From assembly GCA_002327585.1 (NCBI GenBank), contig DCWL01000011.1, positions 8,746-72,745 on the forward strand: a stretch of DNA of 64,000 nucleotides, written 5' to 3'. The stretch comes from Candidatus Phycocordibacter aenigmaticus. GTDB taxonomy: Bacteria > Patescibacteriota > Minisyncoccia > Phycocordibacterales > UBA2163. A model generated the notes under the pieces. It searched no databases. It saw only the letters and a program-made list of their open reading frames with translations, and was not told where the DNA came from. Positions 47,548 through 55,238 of this stretch are shown piece after piece. The number at the start of each line of letters is the position of its first letter. Positions within the stretch are counted from its first letter, which is position 1. Position numbers and translations under genes: made by a program.

Positions 47548-47618
47548 CGGGTCCACCAGGACTCGAACCTGGAACGTCGGTTTTGGAAACCGAAATTTTA
47601 CCATTAAACTATAGACCC
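47548..47618 (-). tRNA. tRNA-Trp (anticodon CCA)
   Basis: Reverse complement is GGGTCTATAGTTTAATGGTAAAATTTCGGTTTCCAAAACCGACGTTCCAGGTTCGAGTCCTGGTGGACCCG. Anticodon stem TCGGT/ACCGA, loop TTCCAAA. Immediately downstream of rpmG, a widespread arrangement. Confidence 0.8.
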
Positions 47619-47624
47619 ACTGCT

Positions 47625-47783
47625 TTATTTTTTGGATTCTTTATGAACAATTTGCTTTTTGCACCATTTGCAGTATTTTTTGAGCTCTATTTTGCGCTCC
47701 ACTTTTTTCTTGTTCTTGCGACTCCAATAATTAATCCTTTTACATTTTTCGCAAGCAAGCTTTATTAATCTGTCTTGTGACAT
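47625..47783 (-). CDS. rpmG: 50S ribosomal protein L33
   Basis: Below the track threshold. Manual translation gives MSQDRLIKLACEKCKRINYWSRKNKKKVERKIELKKYCKWCKKQIVHKESKK, the L33 zinc-ribbon pattern (C..C...C..C). Confidence 0.8.
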   Translation of the reverse strand: MSQDRLIKLACEKCKRINYWSRKNKKKVERKIELKKYCKWCKKQIVHKESKK

Positions 47784-47794
47784 ATTATTTCATT

Positions 47795-48190
47795 TTATCT
47801 GCACTCTATCTTATTCCACGTACCAAGCTTTCCACCACCAACAAACGCTTTCATTATAGTGTCGACTATAAGAAATGCTGCGAGTACAAAGATAAGGCCA
47901 AAAAATACATTCCAGAATATCTTGTGAGCACTTTTGAGCCTCTCCTGATTACCACCTGCGGTAAGATATTTAAAGCCCGCATATACAAACATCAATGTCG
48001 CAACAACAACCGCCAAATATATCAAAAAATTAATGATATTTTGTATTAATGTTGTAATGTCACAAAATCCACAAATTCCGTCTGGAGCACACTTTGGTAC
48101 AATCTGTCCTACAAAAGGTGCTGCTTGGATACTTGCAATAGGCACGAGAAGTATTGCAAGTATAAAAAAGAAAATAAGTGCTTTTTTCAT
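47795..48190 (-). CDS. Hypothetical secreted protein with signal peptide, CxxxxxCxxC segment and two TM helices (VirB2/TrbC-like topology)
   Basis: 131 aa. Signal peptide MKKALIFFFILAILLVPIASIQA. The mature part has two hydrophobic helices separated by a 15-aa polar loop. Embedded between rpsP and rpmG. Confidence 0.5.
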   Translation of the reverse strand: MKKALIFFFILAILLVPIASIQAAPFVGQIVPKCAPDGICGFCDITTLIQNIINFLIYLAVVVATLMFVYAGFKYLTAGGNQERLKSAHKIFWNVFFGLIFVLAAFLIVDTIMKAFVGGGKLGTWNKIECR

Positions 48191-48198
48191 TAAATTAA

Positions 48199-48633
48199 TT
48201 ATATCACTTCTTTCTTTTCTGGAGCAACTTCCTCTTTCTTTTCTTCTGTCATCCCTGGTTCTTTAGATTCCTCTGTCTTTGACTCTTCTTTCTTTTCTTC
48301 TGTCACCTCTGGTTCTTTAGATTCCTCTGTCTTTGCTTCTTCTTTTTTCTCCTCTTTTATTTTCTTTTTACCTTTTGCAACGTGGATTTTCTTAGCCTTT
48401 ATAACGCCCTCTTTTACAAGGATATTATGCATAGAGTCAGATACTTGAGCGCCCTTTGAAATCCAATATTTTACCCTTTCGTCTTTAATGGCTATGGAAT
48501 TGCGCCTTGGGTCATATGAACCAAGAACCTCAGTGGGCTTGCCGGCTTTAGGGCCCTTTCTTGAATCAACAGTAATAACCCGAAATGACGGGTCGTTTTT
48601 TCGTCCTATTCTTTGCAGGCGTATTTTCAACAT
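48199..48633 (-). CDS. rpsP: 30S ribosomal protein S16 with K/E-rich repetitive C-terminal extension
   Basis: MLKIRLQRIGRKNDPSFRV... is canonical S16, starting at the ATG at 48633. The C-terminal roughly 60 aa is low-complexity (EESKEP..TEEKKEE x2). Confidence 0.85.
   Translation of the reverse strand: MLKIRLQRIGRKNDPSFRVITVDSRKGPKAGKPTEVLGSYDPRRNSIAIKDERVKYWISKGAQVSDSMHNILVKEGVIKAKKIHVAKGKKKIKEEKKEEAKTEESKEPEVTEEKKEESKTEESKEPGMTEEKKEEVAPEKKEVI
48241..48348. repeat. 54-bp tandem direct repeat (2 copies) inside the rpsP 3' end
   Basis: TTCTTCTGTCA(T/C)C(C)CTGGTTCTTTAGATTCCTCTGTCTTTG... repeated with period 54 nt (18 aa). Confidence 0.6.
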
Positions 48634-48869
48634 AAGTAGAGAGATGATAACAAAAGTCCAATATACAGTCAAATCTAAGCTTCCAAAAATTATGACGATG
48701 TCGCTGTCCTGTCACTGCACCGGGAAGGAAAATTCATACAAATAACAGTATTTACGACATCGCCATGAGAATCAAAAGGAACTTTCAATTATACTTATCA
48801 TATATATTATACCACAAAATATCTTGACAATAGCGCTTTTAAGTGTGATCTGATATACTCAAGGAAAAT

Positions 48870-50819
48870 ATGGAGAACCAACAAAGAAGGAAAAATAAAA
48901 GCCAAAAAAAGTCCCGCCTTAGCGGGGTTATTAGTGTCACGAGCCGTGGCGTTGGATATCTGCCCAGTGAATTGTTTGAGGAGGATATAGAAATCCTAAA
49001 TGAGCACCTAAATACTGCTTTCAATAAAGACACAGTGGAAGTGCTTATTCATCCTAGAATCAATAGAGAAAGAATGAGAGGAGAAGTAACAAGAGTGATT
49101 GAGCGTGCAAAACAAAAATTCGTCGGCACTATAGAAAAAGAGAACAATCTATATTTTCTGGTGCCGGATGACAAAAGAATGTATGTCGATATTCTCCTGT
49201 CGGAGAAAGACGCCGAGGATGGAGTCAAAGCGCTTGTAGAATTTATAAAGTGGAATGATCCAAAGAAAAACCCTGAAGGGAAAATCGTTGAAATCCTGGG
49301 TCGCAAGGGAGAACATAATGTTGAAATGCGCTCAATCGTCTTGAGCCACGGTTTTGAAACAGGCTTCCCAGCAGATGTCGAAAAAGCAGCAAAAGAAATT
49401 GAGAATAAAAAAATAGAAATTTTAGAAAAGGAATCAAAGAAACGAAAAGACTTTAGAGATATCACAACAATGACAATTGACCCACCAGATGCAAAGGATT
49501 TTGATGATGCACTTTCAATCAGGGAACTCGAAAATGGCGATGTTGAAATAGGTGTTCACATAGCAGATGTATCACATTACGTAAGCTCGAAAAGCGTGAT
49601 TGACAGACAAGCGCAAAAACGTGCAACTTCCATATATCTTGTGGACAGAACAATTCCAATGCTTCCAGAAATAATTTCAAATGATGTTTCCAGCTTAAAT
49701 CCTGAAGAAGACAAACTCACCTTCTCCGCCGTCTTTACACTCTCAAAACAAGGTGCAGTCAAAGCACAGTGGTTCGGAGAGACAATAATATGCTCCAACA
49801 AAAGATTTACATACGAGAGCGCACAAAAAACACTGGATGCAAAGAAGGGTGAGTATTACAAAGAATTAAATATTGCAAATGAAATCGCAAAAATTCTACG
49901 CAAGAAACGCTTCAAGGAAGGTTCGATATCTTTTGAGCATGACGAGGTGGAGTTTCAGCTGGATGAAAACGGAAAACCGATCAGTATCAAAAGAAAGAAA
50001 ATGTTTGACACGAATCATCTTATTGAAGAGTTTATGCTTCTTGCAAATAAAAAAGTTGCCGAGTATGTGTATGACCGCTCCAGGAAATCGGGTCTCAGAA
50101 ACCTTATGTTTATTTACCGCATTCATGATGTTCCGAACAGGGAGAAAATACAAGAGCTTGGAGTATTTCTGCACGCAATAGGGTATGAATTCAATACAGG
50201 AGGGGGAGATATAACGACTCATGAGATAAACAAGCTTTTTGAAAAAATAAAAGGCAAGCCGGTAGAGGATCTTATAAAAATTGCAACAATACGCTCAATG
50301 TCAAAGGCAATATATTCAACAAAGAACATTGGGCATTTTGGACTTTCATTCAGATATTACACTCATTTTACCTCTCCCATCAGACGCTACCCTGATCTTA
50401 TGGTACACAGAATTTTGAAAAGTCATTTAAATGGAACAGGAATTTCAGATAGTGAGCTTAAGCACTACGAAAAACTTGCGATTACTTCCTCTGAACGGGA
50501 GGTTGAAGCGGTTGAGGCGGAGCGTGACTCAATCCGCTACAAGCAGGTTGAATATATGAAAGAGCATGTCGGAAAGACATTCAAAGGCACTATAACAGGT
50601 ATTACTGAATTTGGGATTTTTGTGGAGGAAGAAAATACTAAAGCTGAAGGATTGATACGTCTCAATAGCATGAAGGACGATTTCTATACGCTTGATAAAA
50701 AGCACTACCGTCTAGAGGGGCAGAAGTCAAAAAAGAAATTTAACTTGGGCGACAAGGTAAAAGTCAAACTCACGAATACTAATCTAGACTCAAAGTCCCT
50801 TGATTTTGTGTTTGTATAA
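48870..50819 (+). CDS. rnr: Ribonuclease R / RNase II family exoribonuclease
   Basis: 649 aa with N-terminal cold-shock-like OB domains, an RNB catalytic domain (DPPDAKDFDDALS), and a C-terminal S1 domain. Confidence 0.85.
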   Translation: MENQQRRKNKSQKKSRLSGVISVTSRGVGYLPSELFEEDIEILNEHLNTAFNKDTVEVLIHPRINRERMRGEVTRVIERAKQKFVGTIEKENNLYFLVPDDKRMYVDILLSEKDAEDGVKALVEFIKWNDPKKNPEGKIVEILGRKGEHNVEMRSIVLSHGFETGFPADVEKAAKEIENKKIEILEKESKKRKDFRDITTMTIDPPDAKDFDDALSIRELENGDVEIGVHIADVSHYVSSKSVIDRQAQKRATSIYLVDRTIPMLPEIISNDVSSLNPEEDKLTFSAVFTLSKQGAVKAQWFGETIICSNKRFTYESAQKTLDAKKGEYYKELNIANEIAKILRKKRFKEGSISFEHDEVEFQLDENGKPISIKRKKMFDTNHLIEEFMLLANKKVAEYVYDRSRKSGLRNLMFIYRIHDVPNREKIQELGVFLHAIGYEFNTGGGDITTHEINKLFEKIKGKPVEDLIKIATIRSMSKAIYSTKNIGHFGLSFRYYTHFTSPIRRYPDLMVHRILKSHLNGTGISDSELKHYEKLAITSSEREVEAVEAERDSIRYKQVEYMKEHVGKTFKGTITGITEFGIFVEEENTKAEGLIRLNSMKDDFYTLDKKHYRLEGQKSKKKFNLGDKVKVKLTNTNLDSKSLDFVFV

Positions 50820-50846
50820 CCTCTGAATATTTGAGAGAATATACGT

Positions 50847-51128
50847 ATGCCCCCTTTTAACGAGATAGTATTAGATTCTATAGAATCCTTCGATTTTGCA
50901 AGGCCAGTAATTGAGTTTATTTCAGATAAATTTTCAAACTTCGGTGATATTGTCTGGTTTATATTTTTCGTCGTGCTTGTATTTTTTACCATATACAGTT
51001 TGGTGCTTGTCTATCACTGGTTTAGATACAGCATTGGCTCACTTATGGTATGGATTGCTATGATCGCTTATTTCACAGTCTCTTTCGTACTTTTAAACGC
51101 GTTTTATTTGTCTGCTTTGAATATCTAA
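50847..51128 (+). CDS. Small 2-3 TM membrane protein
   Basis: 93 aa, hydrophobic, no family. Confidence 0.4.
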   Translation: MPPFNEIVLDSIESFDFARPVIEFISDKFSNFGDIVWFIFFVVLVFFTIYSLVLVYHWFRYSIGSLMVWIAMIAYFTVSFVLLNAFYLSALNI

Positions 51129-51140
51129 TATAAATTTAAT

Positions 51141-51668
51141 ATGATACATTTATCAAAAGATGAAAGAGTTGAGAAAGTTATAAGAAAGCATTGGCTTATT
51201 CTCTTTGGCGACAGCATAGGACTTATAATCTTATATATAATCCCATTTCTTATATATTGGTATCTTTTCGACAGTACTATAACGGTAGATTTTCTTATTG
51301 ATAAAATTTATTTTCATCCTTCCCCTTCTATTTTAGTATTTACGGTCTCGGCATGGACGCTTCTAGCTTGGGCAAAACTTTTCGCAATCTGGACTGATTA
51401 TTATTTAGATATGTGGCTTATAACAAATAAACGAATTGTCGATATTGAACAAAAAGGATTTTTTAACCGCGATATTTCAACATTCAGAATGGAGAGAATT
51501 CAAGATATTACTGTTGAAATAAAAGGCGTTATTGCGACACTTCTTAATTTCGGCAATATCCATGTGCAGACAGCCGGAGAATCGCAGGAATTTATAATAA
51601 AAGGAATCGGAAGACCAAAATATGTGAAAGAAATAATAATGCGGCAAGCTGACAAGGTGGCCAAATAA
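51141..51668 (+). CDS. Membrane protein with bacterial PH domain (YdbS/YdbT-like, bPH_2)
   Basis: 175 aa with an N-terminal TM hairpin followed by a PH-like domain (ITNKRIVDIEQKGFFNRDISTFRMERIQDITV). Confidence 0.5.
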   Translation: MIHLSKDERVEKVIRKHWLILFGDSIGLIILYIIPFLIYWYLFDSTITVDFLIDKIYFHPSPSILVFTVSAWTLLAWAKLFAIWTDYYLDMWLITNKRIVDIEQKGFFNRDISTFRMERIQDITVEIKGVIATLLNFGNIHVQTAGESQEFIIKGIGRPKYVKEIIMRQADKVAK

Positions 51669-51787
51669 TATATAAAAATTTCTTGACTTTGTTTTTGTAG
51701 TCATTTAACTTTCGGATATACAAGTAACGGCGAGATTTAACCTCGCTGTTGCTTGTATATTTGGCTTAATTCCGCTATTATTTAGAA

Positions 51788-53068
51788 ATGACCAATGAGT
51801 CAAACAAAAAAACAAAGCTCTCTACAGAACCGTACAAAGGTGTACGGAATTTTTATCCTGCCGATATGGCTGTTCAAAACTATATTTTTGACAAAATGCG
51901 AAAGACCGCAGAGAGCTTTGGATATATAGAGTACGGGGCATCAGTACTTGAGCCGACAGAGCTTTATGAAGCAAAATCAGGAGAAGAGTTAGTAAAAGAG
52001 CAAACATATTCGTTCAAAGACCGAGGAGAAAGAGATGTAACACTCCGCCCTGAAATGACGCCCTCTGTCGCGAGAATGATTGCAGGAAAAAGACGCGAAT
52101 TGTCCTTTCCACTGCGATGGTATTCAATACCAAACGCATTTCGGTATGAGCGCCCGCAACGCGGACGCCTGCGTGAGCATTGGCAATTAAATGCCGATTT
52201 ATTTGGTGGAAATGAAGTTAAGGCAGATGCTGAGATCATAAGACTTGCGTATCAAATACTTAAAGACTTTGGCGCAAAGGATGATGACTTTGAAATAAAG
52301 ATAAATTATGCAGGAGTACTTTCTCCGTATTTGGCAAAGAAATTTGATATAAAAAAAGAAGAAGATGTTAATGCACTTGTGAAAATTATTGACCGATACG
52401 GCAAAATCTCCGATGAAGATTTTGAAAAAAGAACAGAAAAAATACTTGGAGATAAAACTTCAGTACTTTTGGATATTCTCAAAGAAAAAAATGTCGATGA
52501 ATTTGATTCGTATGAAGAAATCAAATATTTGGACCAACTTAAATCAGAAACAAATATCAACTTGACTATCGATCCGTTTTTGACTCGAGGATTTGATTAT
52601 TACACTGGAATGGTCTTTGAAGTGTACGACACAAATCCTGAAAATAATCGTTCCATTTTTGGCGGTGGACGTTATGATAATCTACTTGAGATTTTTAACG
52701 TGGAAAAAGTTTCTGCTGTTGGTTTTGGTATGGGTGATATACCTGTTAAAAACTTTCTTGAAGTACGAAACCTAATTCCGGAATATGTTTCAACTACAGA
52801 TTTGATACTCTGCACGTTGGATAATACAAATATTCCATTTGCCCAAGAGCTTGCACAGAGACTTCGTATAGAAGGCCTTAATACAGCCATAAATCTGACC
52901 GATAAAAAAATAGGTGATCAGATAAAGATTGCCGACAAACAGAAAATCCCTTTTGTCATATGCATCGGAGAAAAAGAAGAGAAAAGCGGTAAATTCAAAC
53001 TCAAAGAGCTTAAAACAGGCAAAGAAAAAGAAGTCACCGAAAATGAAATAAAAAGTGCTATTGGATAA
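51788..53068 (+). CDS. hisS: Histidyl-tRNA synthetase
   Basis: 426 aa with class II motifs (LRPEMTPSVARM, histidine-binding region) and a C-terminal anticodon-binding domain. Confidence 0.9.
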   Translation: MTNESNKKTKLSTEPYKGVRNFYPADMAVQNYIFDKMRKTAESFGYIEYGASVLEPTELYEAKSGEELVKEQTYSFKDRGERDVTLRPEMTPSVARMIAGKRRELSFPLRWYSIPNAFRYERPQRGRLREHWQLNADLFGGNEVKADAEIIRLAYQILKDFGAKDDDFEIKINYAGVLSPYLAKKFDIKKEEDVNALVKIIDRYGKISDEDFEKRTEKILGDKTSVLLDILKEKNVDEFDSYEEIKYLDQLKSETNINLTIDPFLTRGFDYYTGMVFEVYDTNPENNRSIFGGGRYDNLLEIFNVEKVSAVGFGMGDIPVKNFLEVRNLIPEYVSTTDLILCTLDNTNIPFAQELAQRLRIEGLNTAINLTDKKIGDQIKIADKQKIPFVICIGEKEEKSGKFKLKELKTGKEKEVTENEIKSAIG

Positions 53069-53070
53069 AA

Positions 53071-53646
53071 GTGAAAAAGATAACTTTTGACATTGAAACA
53101 AGTAATTTATTCCAAGATGTGGGGAAAGCCAATCCTGTCCTTTTGGATTTGTCTGTTGTGTGTATACATGATTCAGAAACAGATGAATACAGCGCATATA
53201 CCCAAGAAGAACTTCCAAATCTCTGGCCTGTACTTGAAAAAGCCGATATGCTTATCGGGTACAACTCTGACCATTTTGATATTCCGCTTCTGAACAAATA
53301 TTATCCGGGGGATTTAACTCACATAAAGAGTTTGGACATTCTTAAAGAAATAAAAAAAAAGCTCGGCAGACGCCTGAAGCTTGATTCAGTGGCTGAAGCG
53401 ACACTGGGCAGAAAAAAGATTGGAACCGGTCTTGAAGCCACTACGTGGTGGAAAAACGGAGAAGTGGAAAAAGTAAAAGAGTATTGCAAAGAAGATGTAA
53501 AAATTACAAAAGAGCTTTATGACTACGTGCTCAAAAACGGGGTACTTAAATATAAGGATCTGGGGAAGACACGAGATATAAAGCTTGATACTTCAGAGTG
53601 GGAGAAGGAAAAAGATGGCTCAATAACCCATACTTTACCCTTTTAA
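53071..53646 (+). CDS. DEDDy-type 3'-5' exonuclease (DnaQ-like fold)
   Basis: 191 aa with motif I FDIETS, motif II YNSDHFDIPLL, and motif III YCKEDVKITKELYDY. Confidence 0.7.
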   Translation: MKKITFDIETSNLFQDVGKANPVLLDLSVVCIHDSETDEYSAYTQEELPNLWPVLEKADMLIGYNSDHFDIPLLNKYYPGDLTHIKSLDILKEIKKKLGRRLKLDSVAEATLGRKKIGTGLEATTWWKNGEVEKVKEYCKEDVKITKELYDYVLKNGVLKYKDLGKTRDIKLDTSEWEKEKDGSITHTLPF

Positions 53647-53693
53647 TGCCATATGATATAGTACTGTTATATTAATAATAAATAAAAATAAAT

Positions 53694-54464
53694 ATGGACA
53701 GTAAACTTTTAATACCAATTTCAATAGTCGTCGCGGCAATAGTTATTGCCGGAGCACTTTTTGTGGTAAATAAAGATGATTCGCCTAAAGTTGCTGATAA
53801 TGACAACGGTTCCCAACAGGCGGCGGTGGATAATTCAACATCGGTCAGGCCGATTTCCGAAGATGACCACATTTTAGGTAATCCGAATGCTAAAATAATA
53901 ATCGTTGAATACTCTGACACGGAGTGCCCATTCTGCAAAAAATTTCATGAGACAATGCATCAGGTCATTGATGAGTATGGAAAAGACGGTAAAGTTGCAT
54001 GGGTTTACAGGCATTCCCCTCTTGTCGGACTTCATTCCAAAGCTCAAAAAGAAGCTGAAGCAACGGAGTGTGCATTTGACCAAGGAGGCAATGTGGCATT
54101 CTGGGAATATACAGACAGACTCTACGAAATTACTCCATCAAATAATGATTTGGATTTAGACCAGCTTCCACAAATTGCAGAGGATGTCGGACTCAGTGGA
54201 GAAGAGCTTGAAGAATGTCTAGACAGCGAACGAAACGCAAAGAAAGTGCAGGATGATTTGGCTGACGCATCTGCATCAGGAGCCAGAGGTACACCGCACA
54301 ACATAATGCTCGTTGGAGATGAGGAGATTGACATTCCCGGCGCACAGCCATTCACCGCAATGAAAGTGGCAATTGACATGGTGCTTTCGGAAAGTGATGC
54401 AGTCAATACAGAAGATACAGAAGATACGGAAGATACAGAAGATACAGAAGATACGGAAGAATAA
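53694..54464 (+). CDS. DsbA-like thioredoxin-fold oxidoreductase (CPFC active site), membrane-anchored, with (TED)n C-terminal tail
   Basis: 256 aa with an N-terminal TM, the thioredoxin motif CPFC, and a cis-Pro region (GTPH). The C-terminus is TEDTEDTEDTEDTEDTEE. Confidence 0.7.
   Translation: MDSKLLIPISIVVAAIVIAGALFVVNKDDSPKVADNDNGSQQAAVDNSTSVRPISEDDHILGNPNAKIIIVEYSDTECPFCKKFHETMHQVIDEYGKDGKVAWVYRHSPLVGLHSKAQKEAEATECAFDQGGNVAFWEYTDRLYEITPSNNDLDLDQLPQIAEDVGLSGEELEECLDSERNAKKVQDDLADASASGARGTPHNIMLVGDEEIDIPGAQPFTAMKVAIDMVLSESDAVNTEDTEDTEDTEDTEDTEE
54408..54458. repeat. 9-bp tandem repeat GAAGATAC(A/G) x5 encoding (TED)5
   Basis: Read directly at the 3' end of the dsbA-like gene. Confidence 0.6.
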
Positions 54465-54490
54465 TTATAGTTTAATATAAATAAAAAAAT

Positions 54491-54532
54491 ACAGCCGTGA
54501 GATTCAAGTTAGTTCTCACGGCTGTTTTTTTT
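54491..54532. terminator. Strong bidirectional rho-independent terminator
   Basis: ACAGCCGTGAGA ttcaagttagt TCTCACGGCTGT flanked by an A-run and a T8-run. Sits between the convergent dsbA-like and gam-like genes. Confidence 0.6.
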
Positions 54533-54534
54533 AA

Positions 54535-55083
54535 TCACTTTCTTTTAGTGATTTTTTTCAATCTATCAGCTTTTTCTGTAACTTCTATTTCCAGCTCGTC
54601 GGGCTTTACGACGAACTCTTCATGCTGATTAATTGATACACCCTTAATCGTCTCTGCCTTATCAGGATCTCTAAGCATGGCCTCTTTGTCCACTTCTTTT
54701 TTAATCCGGATGAAGCGCTTGAGCTTGAGCGATTTCAATTCTTCCAAAATCGCTTTTACATTACGAAGCGAAACTGATTTTGGCGTCATCCTCCACCCAA
54801 AAAAGCCAGTTAGCAACCTTACCGACTTACTTCTACCATTGTTGGTCAATTCTTTGCGGTTGGCTTCGGCAAAAGCGAAAAGTCCACTCATAAGATCATC
54901 GACCTTTTTCTGATGCGGTTTTACATCGACTATTGCCGATGTCTTTAATTCATTCACTGCATCATTAAGGTTTAGATTAATCGCATCTATCTTTCGTTTC
55001 TCTTCGCCGATTTTTGCCAAAAACTTAGCTGCCTCGCCCAAATTATGAGGCATAGGTATTACATCTTTTTTTATCCTAACCAT
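54535..55083 (-). CDS. gam: Phage Mu Gam-like protein (host-nuclease inhibitor / Ku-like DNA end-binding family)
   Basis: 182 aa. The region GLFAFAEANRKELTNNGRSKSVRLLTGFFGWRMTPKSVSLRNVKAILEELKSLKLKRFIRIKKEVDKEAMLRDP aligns closely, from memory, with Mu Gam (WCEANRDELTNGGKVKTANLVTGDVSWRVRPPSVSIRGMDAVMETLERLGLQRFIRTKQEINKEAILLEP). Strong RBS AAAGGAGAaagacATG. Confidence 0.7.
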   Translation of the reverse strand: MVRIKKDVIPMPHNLGEAAKFLAKIGEEKRKIDAINLNLNDAVNELKTSAIVDVKPHQKKVDDLMSGLFAFAEANRKELTNNGRSKSVRLLTGFFGWRMTPKSVSLRNVKAILEELKSLKLKRFIRIKKEVDKEAMLRDPDKAETIKGVSINQHEEFVVKPDELEIEVTEKADRLKKITKRK

Positions 55084-55131
55084 GTCTTTCTCCTTTTCTA
55101 GATAAAAAATTTTAAAGTACGATTCGGCAAA

Positions 55132-55160
55132 ACTTTAACATAATATAAAAAATATGTCAA
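55132..55160 (-). promoter_or_regulatory. Candidate gam promoter TTGACA-17-TGtTAAAGT (minus strand)
   Basis: Plus-strand TGTCAA at 55155-55160 and ACTTTA at 55132-55137. The -35 is consensus and the -10 is weaker but preceded by TG. Confidence 0.35.
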
Positions 55161-55238
55161 GTTCTTTGTAGCATATATCTGCTGTTGCATTTATAGGTTA
55201 CTTATTTCCTTCTCACAGGATTTATTTCATTATTTGGT

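Noticed and set aside
51669-51787. T-box riboswitch upstream of hisS
   Set aside because: The conserved T-box sequence (AATTAGGGTGGNACCGCG-like) and specifier-loop architecture are absent. Only a simple long hairpin is present.
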